Below are positions 46,231 to 54,956 of a stretch of DNA of 64,000 nt, piece after piece. The stretch's first letter is position 1. The number at the start of each line of letters is the position of its first letter. A program made the translations under genes and the position numbers. This stretch comes from a virus (Duplodnaviria > Heunggongvirae > Uroviricota > Caudoviricetes): the IMG/VR virus record IMGVR_UViG_3300010357_001332; one strand, given 5' to 3'. The notes under the pieces are model-generated. The model did not search any database. It was not told the DNA's origin and saw only the letters and a list, made by a program, of their open reading frames with translations.

Positions 46231-47700
46231 ATGTCAGATACCTTTGCACTACCAGAATTGCCAATAGATTTAGATAATGAAGCATTAATTTTATCTAATG
46301 CTCTTAAAAATAAAAAGAATAGAGATCTTTTTATAAGAAAAACAGATTATCTTGATTTTAGATACAAAGAAAATCAAGTGGTAGCATGGGCAATTAAAGC
46401 AGTAGAAGAACAGAAGATGGATATTAATTCTGATGCTGTTTTATTAAAGTCAAAATCCTGTCCTGTAAGATATAATGTAGATTACAACTTTATTGATAGT
46501 TTAATTCAAAACTTTCCAGAAGTTGGTGAAGTAAACTATGACACTCATATTTCTAAACTACAATTAGATAAGATTAAATCTGAATTAGTAACAACATTCC
46601 ATAAATCCATATATACTGCATGTTTAAATCCTAGATCAGATTTAAACTTTTTAGCAGCAAGAATGCAAAACGTAAATGATATCCTTCAAAAAGGATATTC
46701 CTATAGTCAAGTTCAATTCAAAGATATGAAGCAAGTCGTAGACGAATATAGAGAATATCGCAAACATTCTCAAGGTTTTTATACTACTGGATTTACACAA
46801 TTGGATGCATATTTAACTGAAGGATATAAACCAAAGGGTATCTGTATTATTGCAGGTTTGCCTGGGATGGGTAAAAGCTCTCTGTGTTTAAGTTCAATGA
46901 ATAACCTTGCTAATCAAGGTATTTATTCTGCACAGTTTGCATTAGAAATGGATAATAATGCATTAGCCAGTAAACTAGCTTCTTACAATTCGAGAATAAG
47001 TGTAGAAAGAATTATAAAGCACTATGATAAATTAACAGATGAAGAAAAGAAACTATTAGAATATGAACTTGATAGATTAGCTACTAATAAGTATCTACGA
47101 TTTAATGATACGCCATCACAAAATCTGGATACTATTCGAGAACAAATAATGGTATTACAAGATCATTTGAAACAAGAATATATAGTAGTTTCAATAGACT
47201 TATTTGGTAAAATAAGAGAGTTTCAAGATAGTGATAGTTTTGCTACAGATTATGAAAAGAAATTAAATGAAGTACAGATTATGGCAAAGGAAACAGGTGT
47301 ATGTATTATACCTGTTGCACAGATACATAGATTAGAATCTGGAAGAAAATTTAAAAGACCAAAAATGAGTGATTTGAAAAACTCAGGTGCCTGGGAAGAA
47401 GTAGCAGATTTAATTTTAGCAGTGCATAGACCGTGGTATGACCCAGAAACAGCAATGAAGAAACAGATAGCTGAAAATGAATATAGATACGGAACAGGAG
47501 AAGAACCAGAAGAATTAGAGGACGATCCTAATGAATCTATTGCGGAAGTAATTATTCTTAAACAGAGGATGGGTGAAGGGAATAAGATTATTAATTTCTT
47601 TTTTGATAAAATAACAACTAGATATAGTGCTATTACACCAGAATTTCAAGATACTTTGAATGCCCAAAAAGATATAGATCCTGAGGACGTACCCATATGA
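46231..47700 (+). CDS. dnaB: Replicative DnaB helicase
   Basis: IAGLPGMGKSS, FALEM, AQIHR, PKMSDLKNSGAWEEVAD, KQRMG. Confidence 0.92.
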   Translation: MSDTFALPELPIDLDNEALILSNALKNKKNRDLFIRKTDYLDFRYKENQVVAWAIKAVEEQKMDINSDAVLLKSKSCPVRYNVDYNFIDSLIQNFPEVGEVNYDTHISKLQLDKIKSELVTTFHKSIYTACLNPRSDLNFLAARMQNVNDILQKGYSYSQVQFKDMKQVVDEYREYRKHSQGFYTTGFTQLDAYLTEGYKPKGICIIAGLPGMGKSSLCLSSMNNLANQGIYSAQFALEMDNNALASKLASYNSRISVERIIKHYDKLTDEEKKLLEYELDRLATNKYLRFNDTPSQNLDTIREQIMVLQDHLKQEYIVVSIDLFGKIREFQDSDSFATDYEKKLNEVQIMAKETGVCIIPVAQIHRLESGRKFKRPKMSDLKNSGAWEEVADLILAVHRPWYDPETAMKKQIAENEYRYGTGEEPEELEDDPNESIAEVIILKQRMGEGNKIINFFFDKITTRYSAITPEFQDTLNAQKDIDPEDVPI

Positions 47701-47894
47701 ATATAATTGATGTAGATATATGTAAATCCTGTAAAAATTTAAATCTCTTGACAAAAGAATTTCATCTTTATTATCTAGATTGCAAGATTAATGGAAATAA
47801 ATTTATTTTGGAAAAAGAATTATTTAACTGTGATTCTTTTAAACCCATCATAGAACAGAAGAAAGAAGGATTCTTTAAAAAATTATTTAAATAG
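47697..47894 (+). CDS. Small Cys-rich hypothetical protein
   Basis: 65 aa, coupled to dnaB. Confidence 0.55.
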   Translation: MNIIDVDICKSCKNLNLLTKEFHLYYLDCKINGNKFILEKELFNCDSFKPIIEQKKEGFFKKLFK

Positions 47895-47896
47895 AT

Positions 47897-48883
47897 ATGC
47901 AAAACTATAACGTAGAAAAAATACTTAAAGATCTTAATATAGCATATAAAAAATCTGGTAATAATGCTAGAATTAAATGTTTAAATCCTCATCACAACGA
48001 AAAAGAACCCTCCATGTTTGTTCATTTAGATGACGGAAAGTTTCACTGCTTTGGTTGCGGAACTAAAGGTAATATTTTTACTCTAGCAAAAATGGAATTA
48101 AAGCTAGATGATAATGAAGCAAAAAAATATGTAATTGAGCAGACAAAAGGTGGTAATACCGAAGAAGAGGTATACAATCATCTTATAGAAGAAATGTCAA
48201 AGAGATCTCAGAAAAAAGAATGCTCTGAATTTACAGAAGTTAGAGAATTAGATACACTACCGATTACTTCTAATTTTTATCTAGAATACCAAAGAGGATT
48301 TACTAAAGAAGAAATTCATAGATGGAATATACGGCAGGTTAATACTCCTAGACAACCCTATCATAACTGGATTTATATTCCTATTTATTATAAAGGAAAG
48401 CTAAGAACTTGGTTTATTAGAAGTCCTCTTTCTAATAGAAAAGTATATGGTTATCATAAAGAAGGTGATACAGTAGTAGGATATCCAAGAAAGGATATCT
48501 TATTTGGATACGATACAATTCCTTTTAATACGGAAGAAGTTTATGGATTTGAAGGAATTTTTGATAAAATTTGGTTTGAAAGAACCAGACGGCAATCTCT
48601 AGCGTTTTTGGGTAATAGAATTTCTAAAGAACAGCGAGAAGCATTAAAAAGATTTAAAACTCTAGTTTTAGGGTTAGACAATGATAATGCTAGTTTACAG
48701 TTAATAGAAGATGCATTACAGCTATCTTCTGTTTTAGAGGTACGAGTATGGTGCCCACCCGTATCTAAAAAAGATGCAAACGAATGCACACTAGAAGAAA
48801 TGCTAGAATCTATATTTAAAGAAGTAGATATAGCAGAATTTATAAAATCAGAGAGGTTTTTACAATGGTCCTTGAGCAAGTAG
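47897..48883 (+). CDS. dnaG: DnaG-type primase
   Basis: CHC2 finger CLNPHHNEKEPS..FHCFGC; TOPRIM FEGIFD, LGLDND. Confidence 0.9.
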   Translation: MQNYNVEKILKDLNIAYKKSGNNARIKCLNPHHNEKEPSMFVHLDDGKFHCFGCGTKGNIFTLAKMELKLDDNEAKKYVIEQTKGGNTEEEVYNHLIEEMSKRSQKKECSEFTEVRELDTLPITSNFYLEYQRGFTKEEIHRWNIRQVNTPRQPYHNWIYIPIYYKGKLRTWFIRSPLSNRKVYGYHKEGDTVVGYPRKDILFGYDTIPFNTEEVYGFEGIFDKIWFERTRRQSLAFLGNRISKEQREALKRFKTLVLGLDNDNASLQLIEDALQLSSVLEVRVWCPPVSKKDANECTLEEMLESIFKEVDIAEFIKSERFLQWSLSK

Positions 48884-49083
48884 ATTCATCTAATATCGAT
48901 GCAGCAGGATATGATTCAACTAGTAGCAAAATGATTATCAGATTCAAAACTGGTATATATTACGAGTATCTAAAAGTTCCAGAAGTTATTTATAACAGAT
49001 TTAAAGAAGCACAATCTAAAGGTAGTTTTTTTAATCAAAATATAAGAAATTCTTATAATTGTAATAGAATAGATACCTTATAA
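48865..49083 (+). CDS. KTSC domain protein
   Basis: SSNIDAAGYD...FKTG..YEY..VP..Y...A.SKGSFFN..IR. Confidence 0.88.
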   Translation: MVLEQVDSSNIDAAGYDSTSSKMIIRFKTGIYYEYLKVPEVIYNRFKEAQSKGSFFNQNIRNSYNCNRIDTL

Positions 49084-49144
49084 GTTTAAATGGTAGTTGT
49101 TGCATTATAAGAAATATATTATATTTAAATTACGGAATCAAATA

Positions 49145-49576
49145 ATGAAATTAAAAATAAATTTAGAAAAATTACCTCCTACATATGACTCACTTATTAT
49201 AGACAGATTAGAAAAGAAAAATCTACCTTCTTGTATGGGTGGAATGCTTCTTCCTATTTTAAATCAGATAGAAGAAATAGAAGACACAGATATTATAGCA
49301 CCTACTGAAAGTATACCAGAAATCAATCGAGCGAATGTAGATCTAACAGAAGTTTGTGCTAATTCTGACAAAGTCCTTACAGGAAATAGTATGACTGTTT
49401 CTGGTTTAAAACATATACTAGCATTTAAAGAATCTAAGGCAAATGCTTTTGTAGACCAATGTGAAAAATGCATTAATTGTACGTATATAGAAGTATGTAA
49501 TAATCTAACACGCAATACACTACAATCATTTGCAATAATGCAATCTTTATCAATTAAAGGAGTATCGAATGAATAA
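49145..49576 (+). CDS. Hypothetical protein with Cys cluster
   Basis: CEKCINC...C; ATG 49145 preferred. Confidence 0.5.
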   Translation: MKLKINLEKLPPTYDSLIIDRLEKKNLPSCMGGMLLPILNQIEEIEDTDIIAPTESIPEINRANVDLTEVCANSDKVLTGNSMTVSGLKHILAFKESKANAFVDQCEKCINCTYIEVCNNLTRNTLQSFAIMQSLSIKGVSNE

Positions 49577-50660
49577 ATTCTTTAGATTTATAGGTTTGGG
49601 TCAATGCGGTCTACGAATATCTCAAGAATTTGAAAAAATGGGATTTTATACGTCTATTATTAATTCTGACGAAATAGATGAAAGAGGATATGAGATAGAA
49701 TCCGATAGATTGCTTGTTTTAAAAGGAACAGGAACAGGTAAATCTTTAAAGATAGGAAAACAAATTATAGAAAATAATAAAAGTAAATTTGAATCCTTTA
49801 TCAGAAAGAATTGCAATAAGAATGGTGTTACAATCTTTATTGCAGGAGGTGGTGGAGGAACAGGTGGATCTTTTATTGCTCCTGCAGTAGAATATACAAA
49901 AAGTTTAGGGTATAAAGTAGGCGTAATTTATACTCTTCCACCTAAAATGCTAGGCATCGTAACAGCAAAAAATTCCTTGATTACTTTAAAAGAACTTTTA
50001 AAACTTGAAACAGATTTCTTTATGCTGGTAGATAATGAATTATTAATAGAAGAAGTAGGAAAAGATGATACTTGGTGGGGTAAGATAAATAGAATGATAT
50101 TATCTACTTTCTATTCATCTACTGAAATTATACGTGAAAATAAAACAGCTCAACAAGGTTTAGGTTCTATAGATAGAGGTGAGGTAATTAGAAGTTTAAC
50201 TTATGGAAAAGGTTGTACAGATATTAGAAGATACTATCTAACCACAGAAGATTGTGGAAAAAGTGAAGAGGAGCTAAGTACTTTACTTTTTCATCCTCAA
50301 CTTGTAGAAGGATATAATTATAAAGAATCCAAATGTTATTTGGTATCGATAGACGTACCACAATCTGGAAATTATAGCTTGATATCAAAGAAAATATTTG
50401 ATATTATAAAGCATCGCGTAGGTAATGCTATATCAATATTGGGTATGTTTACAGATCCACTTTTAAAAGATTCTGTTAAAGTAACAATTATAAATTCTGG
50501 ATTACAATTACCTAAAATACTCCAATCTAGAATAAAGAATCTAAGAAGAGATGAAAATGCTTTTCAACATAAACAAGAAAAGGAGGATCAAACTATTCAA
50601 GTTATTTCAGAATTAACATTTGATGAAGATCTCTCACTAGATAAAGACTTTCAACTATAA
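49569..50660 (+). CDS. Tubulin/FtsZ-superfamily GTPase (PhuZ/TubZ-like)
   Basis: IGLGQCG, INSD, GTGTGK, signature GGGGGTGGS, VDN. Confidence 0.85.
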   Translation: MNKFFRFIGLGQCGLRISQEFEKMGFYTSIINSDEIDERGYEIESDRLLVLKGTGTGKSLKIGKQIIENNKSKFESFIRKNCNKNGVTIFIAGGGGGTGGSFIAPAVEYTKSLGYKVGVIYTLPPKMLGIVTAKNSLITLKELLKLETDFFMLVDNELLIEEVGKDDTWWGKINRMILSTFYSSTEIIRENKTAQQGLGSIDRGEVIRSLTYGKGCTDIRRYYLTTEDCGKSEEELSTLLFHPQLVEGYNYKESKCYLVSIDVPQSGNYSLISKKIFDIIKHRVGNAISILGMFTDPLLKDSVKVTIINSGLQLPKILQSRIKNLRRDENAFQHKQEKEDQTIQVISELTFDEDLSLDKDFQL

Positions 50661-50688
50661 TAGCTATCAAATTATACGGAGGCTTTAC

Positions 50689-51303
50689 ATGAATTCTAAT
50701 GTAGAAACATTATATGTAGAATATACGCAAGAAAAAAATACTTTTAAGAAAGAAAGAATTCTAGGTAAAATATTTAAATGTTATGAACCTTTATCTAATA
50801 AACTTTCTTATAAATATTCCAGGATTTTCCCATCATATGAAGCAGAGGATTGGAAAATCTTGGTAAATCTAGGAATATGGGAAGGAGTTAATAAAACTCC
50901 TACTAAAGAATTAGTTAGAAAATATATCTACTTTAGAATAAAGCATCAAATTGCAAAAGAAATACAACTTATAACAGCTAGAAAGCAAACTTATTTTCAT
51001 GAGGTAGAATTAGATTCTGTTATTATTTGTCCAGAAAATTCTGAAGAAACTCGTAAGATTACTAAATTAGATATAGAAGCTGCTATAAATAAATTACCAG
51101 ATAAAACAAAACAGATTATTAAATTATGGATGGATGATGTTCCAGTATGTCCTGATTCAGCCAAATCATCTTTAATGCAAGCATCAATATGTGATGAAGT
51201 TAATCTTTCTTTTCCAGCAGTTTACTTTAGATTAGAAAGAGCATTTGAATTGTTGTATTGTTATCTATCAGATTATAAGGAAAGTATTTATGAGGAATGG
51301 TAG
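50689..51303 (+). CDS. Sigma-70/ECF-like RNA polymerase sigma factor
   Basis: Region 2-like LGIWEG...YIYFRIK; region 4 AINKLPDKTKQII...SFPAVYFRL. Confidence 0.65.
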   Translation: MNSNVETLYVEYTQEKNTFKKERILGKIFKCYEPLSNKLSYKYSRIFPSYEAEDWKILVNLGIWEGVNKTPTKELVRKYIYFRIKHQIAKEIQLITARKQTYFHEVELDSVIICPENSEETRKITKLDIEAAINKLPDKTKQIIKLWMDDVPVCPDSAKSSLMQASICDEVNLSFPAVYFRLERAFELLYCYLSDYKESIYEEW

Positions 51304-51502
51304 AAATATTTGTATCTATATGTCTGATTATAACCTTTATTGTTCTTTAGATAAAGAGGTTAGAGAACTATATTATAAAAAATATGGTCAAGCTCTTTCC
51401 AAAAGCGAAGTGATTAATAAAGGATTAGCAGTTTTAAAAGATACATTAACTAAATCAGAAAATCTTTCTGAGCTACCCAAATATAGCAGGATATTCAAGT
51501 GA
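51290..51502 (+). CDS. Ribbon-helix-helix-like DNA-binding protein
   Basis: NICIYMS strand...LSKSEVINKGL; ATG 51290 preferred. Confidence 0.5.
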   Translation: MRNGRNICIYMSDYNLYCSLDKEVRELYYKKYGQALSKSEVINKGLAVLKDTLTKSENLSELPKYSRIFK

Positions 51503-53952
51503 TAATTTCAGATAAAATATATATTCCATTATGTAAGTTAGGTGCTAAAGCAAATGATTTAGCTAAGATTTTTACCTATCAAAATCCAGAATATTTTGAA
51601 AAATCTAAAATGGGTTTTAGCACCACAAAATGCAGTCCTTTTCTTGCACATTATGCTTTTCAAGAATCCGAAACAAAGGAAAAATGCATAGTAGTACCTA
51701 GAGGTGCTATTAAGAAAGTTAAAACTTTTCTAGAAAAGAATAATATATCCTTACGCCACTTAGATAACAGAAATGAAGGTAAAGATATAGATATCGAGTT
51801 AACAGACACAAGATTAGAACCCCAGCAGTTAGAAATCATAGAGCTTTTAAAAGCTAATGAGGGTGGATTGATAGAAATGCTACCGGGCGGTGGGAAGACA
51901 ATTGCTGCTTTGGGTTTTATCTCAAAAGTAAAAAAATCTACTCTTATTCTAGTACATGAACATAGACTTAGAACACAATGGGAAGAAGAAATTAAAAGAA
52001 GACTTCAAGGAGATTTTACTTTAGGAAGATTAGATGGTGACGAGAAACGGGAAGGTGATATAACAATCGGAATTATTAATTCCGTTTATCTGATGTATAA
52101 AGAAAATAAAGATATCTTTTCAAAATATGGTGTAGTTATAGTCGATGAATGCTTTCCTTGGTATTCTAAAGTATTAACTAATTCTGGATATAAAAATATT
52201 AAAGATGTACAAAAAGGAGATATTGTTCTAACTACGAATGAGACTACTAAAGAATTAGAATGGAAATCTGTAGTTAACAATATACAAAAAAAATCAAGAA
52301 AAAATCTTATAAGTATAAAACTTAATAATGGTAAAAGTATTGTTTGTACAGAAGATCATAACATATATACTACTAAAGGATGGATATCAGCTAAAAATCT
52401 TGTATTAAATGATGAACTTATTACTGTGGATACTATTATTTATGGAAGAACTATCGAGAAGAAAAAAGAAAAACAAAGTGATTGCAATTATTCCCTGTTA
52501 CATTTGTGGAAAAGATGTGGAAATATTATCTGGAACTCAAACAAAGGAAACTTACAGACTGACAGGAAGAGCATATTGTTCAAGGGAATGTTCAAAAGCT
52601 TATGTCAGAAAAACGAGCAGCGAGACAATGACAAGAACAAATTTGAAATATCGAGATATTATTGTCAAAAGAATGTTGGAAAACAATCCTTCAAAGGATC
52701 CAGAGATAGCAAAAAAAGCTGTACAAAAAAATCGAGAAAATGGTACTTACGATTTAAATTGTTTCGAACATTGCGGAAATGGGCGGGCATGTTCAAAAGA
52801 ACATCAATCTTTATTAGATTCTCTGAATTTCATACAAGATATTTGGATAAAAGAATGTCCAGTTCCTACCAAAATGGGAAGAACTTCAGGATATCCAACT
52901 TGTTACAAATTGGATATTGGTTGCAAAGAATTAAAAATTGGAATAGAAGTAGATGGGGATACTCATTTAAACAAACAACAGATACAATTAGACAAAAAGA
53001 AGGATATATTCTTACAAGGATTGGGGTGGAAAGTATTACGCTTTACTCACTCGCAGATTCACGAAAACTTGACATCTTGCGTGGCGAAGATTATGTCTAT
53101 GATCTTACAATAGAAGATAATCATAACTATTTTGTGGAAAATATATTAGTACATAATTGCCATCATACACCAGCAAAAATGTTTGAATTAGTAGTAAATA
53201 ATATACCTGCTAAATATAGAATAGGTTTAACAGGTACTGTTAAAAGAAAAGATCAAAAAGAAATATTAATGTTCGATATTTTAGGCCCTGTTCTTATTTC
53301 TATAGGAGCAGAGGACTTGAAACATCGTGTTACTTCTTTTACCTATGAAATAGTAGAGACTAATTGTAAAATAGATGCACCTACAAGAAAACTATGGGCT
53401 GATGGTGCAAGAGTAACAAAAGTAGATTATGTTTCTCTTTTAAGCCTACTGGTTAAAAATCAGCAAAGAAATACTATAATTTTAGAAAAAATTATAGAAT
53501 CCATAAAAGAAGGATATAAGCCTTTAATATTATCAGATAGAGTAGATCATTGTAAATATCTTTATCAATATTTATTAGATTTAGGATATAATGTTGTATT
53601 ATTAATAGGAGCTACACGCAAGCAATCTAATTGGGAAGAAATCAGACAAGATAATAGCATACAAGCTATTGTAGCACAGCGAAGCATCGCTGAAGAAGGT
53701 CTAGATTACCCTTCTCTATCCGCACTGCATTTAACCTGTCCATCTACTAATTTACCAAAACTAAAACAAAGAATAGGACGTATTAGACGTGTAGCAGAAG
53801 ATAAGATATTACTACCTAAAGTATACGATTATGCAGATAATGCAGTACAATTAAAAGATCAATTTGGAAAGCTTCAGTTTCCATTAAAGAGATCGGCAAG
53901 ATCTCGTGAAAGTTTTTATAAAAAGTTACAAGAGGAATATGAAAGTGCTTAA
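51499..53952 (+). CDS. SF2 (UvsW/XPB-like) helicase containing an intein
   Basis: PGGGKT, VDE|CHH, GLTGT, EEGLDYP, QRIGRIRR; GTG start. Confidence 0.9.
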   Translation: MIISDKIYIPLCKLGAKANDLAKIFTYQNPEYFEKSKMGFSTTKCSPFLAHYAFQESETKEKCIVVPRGAIKKVKTFLEKNNISLRHLDNRNEGKDIDIELTDTRLEPQQLEIIELLKANEGGLIEMLPGGGKTIAALGFISKVKKSTLILVHEHRLRTQWEEEIKRRLQGDFTLGRLDGDEKREGDITIGIINSVYLMYKENKDIFSKYGVVIVDECFPWYSKVLTNSGYKNIKDVQKGDIVLTTNETTKELEWKSVVNNIQKKSRKNLISIKLNNGKSIVCTEDHNIYTTKGWISAKNLVLNDELITVDTIIYGRTIEKKKEKQSDCNYSLLHLWKRCGNIIWNSNKGNLQTDRKSILFKGMFKSLCQKNEQRDNDKNKFEISRYYCQKNVGKQSFKGSRDSKKSCTKKSRKWYLRFKLFRTLRKWAGMFKRTSIFIRFSEFHTRYLDKRMSSSYQNGKNFRISNLLQIGYWLQRIKNWNRSRWGYSFKQTTDTIRQKEGYILTRIGVESITLYSLADSRKLDILRGEDYVYDLTIEDNHNYFVENILVHNCHHTPAKMFELVVNNIPAKYRIGLTGTVKRKDQKEILMFDILGPVLISIGAEDLKHRVTSFTYEIVETNCKIDAPTRKLWADGARVTKVDYVSLLSLLVKNQQRNTIILEKIIESIKEGYKPLILSDRVDHCKYLYQYLLDLGYNVVLLIGATRKQSNWEEIRQDNSIQAIVAQRSIAEEGLDYPSLSALHLTCPSTNLPKLKQRIGRIRRVAEDKILLPKVYDYADNAVQLKDQFGKLQFPLKRSARSRESFYKKLQEEYESA
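52150..53157 (+). mobile_element. Intein (336 aa) in the DExH motif of the helicase
   Basis: VIVDE|CFPWYSKV...CTEDHNIYT...YVYDLTIEDNHNYFVENILVHN|CHH. Confidence 0.92.
52442..53113 (+). CDS. DUF559/Vsr-like endonuclease with N-terminal Zn finger, nested in the +1 frame of the intein
   Basis: PCYICG...YCSREC, NNPSKDPEI, YKLDIG..KIGIEVDGDTH..DKKKD..L..LGWKVLRF; ATG 52442 (or 52409). Confidence 0.85.
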   Translation: MEELSRRKKKNKVIAIIPCYICGKDVEILSGTQTKETYRLTGRAYCSRECSKAYVRKTSSETMTRTNLKYRDIIVKRMLENNPSKDPEIAKKAVQKNRENGTYDLNCFEHCGNGRACSKEHQSLLDSLNFIQDIWIKECPVPTKMGRTSGYPTCYKLDIGCKELKIGIEVDGDTHLNKQQIQLDKKKDIFLQGLGWKVLRFTHSQIHENLTSCVAKIMSMILQ

Positions 53953-53994
53953 TATATACATGAGCACATATTTGGAGAAGAGATCTATAATTAA

Positions 53995-54765
53995 ATGGAT
54001 ACGCAAGAACAACAAATTTCTCTCAATGAGAAATCATTAGATAAAAATGCAAAAGTAAGTAGAAATTTTGAAAATAGAACAGAATTGGAAACACAAGAGT
54101 TATATGATACAATAAAAGAAGCAGTATTGTGTGCTCAAGATCCTCAAAACGATGATTCTGATAAAGCACTGGCCTTTATTGTATTTGTATTTGATCCTCT
54201 TATCAGAAAGATAGCAGGAAAGATCTACTTTTATATCAAAGATTGTGAAGAATATGAGGATATTCTTCAAGAAACTTACGCTACCTTTATACGATTAGTA
54301 TATGGGTATAATCCTTCCATTTCCGCCTTCCCTTATTACATTAGAAATATGTTACCAAGACAAGTTAAAGCATGGAGTCAAAGAACAAAAAGAAAATCTT
54401 ACATTCCAGTAGATACTGTTATAGTTGATAATGCAATAGCAGATCCTTTTATGAATAGTAAGGATAGTGTTTATGAGAGATATAATAGCTATGTAATGCA
54501 AGAAGAATATAAAGAATTTATTATGCAAAGAGCAGAAAGAAAAACAAAGAGTAATACAGTAAAAGAAGTTTGCTATAATTACTTTTTGGGATCTTCCTCG
54601 TGTACTCAACTTGCAAAAAAATTAGGAATTTCATACCACGCAGTCTACGAAATTATACAAAGAATTAAACTGGAACTTCAAGTATTTTTAGAAGAAAATA
54701 CTCTTACAGAACTTGAAGCTAGCAGTATGTTTCAGGATGAGACAAAAATAGATATAGAAAAATGA
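53995..54765 (+). CDS. Sigma-70-family sigma factor
   Basis: DPLIRKIA, EDILQETY, AFPYYI, QLAKKLGISYHAV. Confidence 0.75.
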   Translation: MDTQEQQISLNEKSLDKNAKVSRNFENRTELETQELYDTIKEAVLCAQDPQNDDSDKALAFIVFVFDPLIRKIAGKIYFYIKDCEEYEDILQETYATFIRLVYGYNPSISAFPYYIRNMLPRQVKAWSQRTKRKSYIPVDTVIVDNAIADPFMNSKDSVYERYNSYVMQEEYKEFIMQRAERKTKSNTVKEVCYNYFLGSSSCTQLAKKLGISYHAVYEIIQRIKLELQVFLEENTLTELEASSMFQDETKIDIEK

Positions 54766-54917
54766 TAAAAAGTATATTAGTATTAATCTCCAGTGAAATT
54801 CATTGGAAAGTAAAACAAAAGTGTAAGCATAATAAATTGACTATTCAAGAAGTTACAGCTACACTCTTAGAAGAATTTTCTAAAGGAACTTTTGATAGTT
54901 TACTAAATATCAAATAA
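54762..54917 (+). CDS. Ribbon-helix-helix protein (51 aa, not in ORF track)
   Basis: MIKSILVLISSEIHWKVKQKCKHNKLTIQEVTATLLEEF...; ATGA overlap with sigma stop. Confidence 0.55.
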   Translation: MIKSILVLISSEIHWKVKQKCKHNKLTIQEVTATLLEEFSKGTFDSLLNIK

Positions 54918-54956
54918 TACCTTAAAGATTATATTTGTATTATTATTTTTATAACA

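Noticed and set aside
49569-50660. Inferring a nucleus-forming phage from the tubulin gene
   Set aside because: No chimallin-like gene or multisubunit RNA polymerase is recognisable here, and sigma factors suggest use of host RNA polymerase
32480-53157. Both inteins are exactly 1008 nt (336 aa)
   Set aside because: They have different endonuclease types and no central similarity; treated as coincidence
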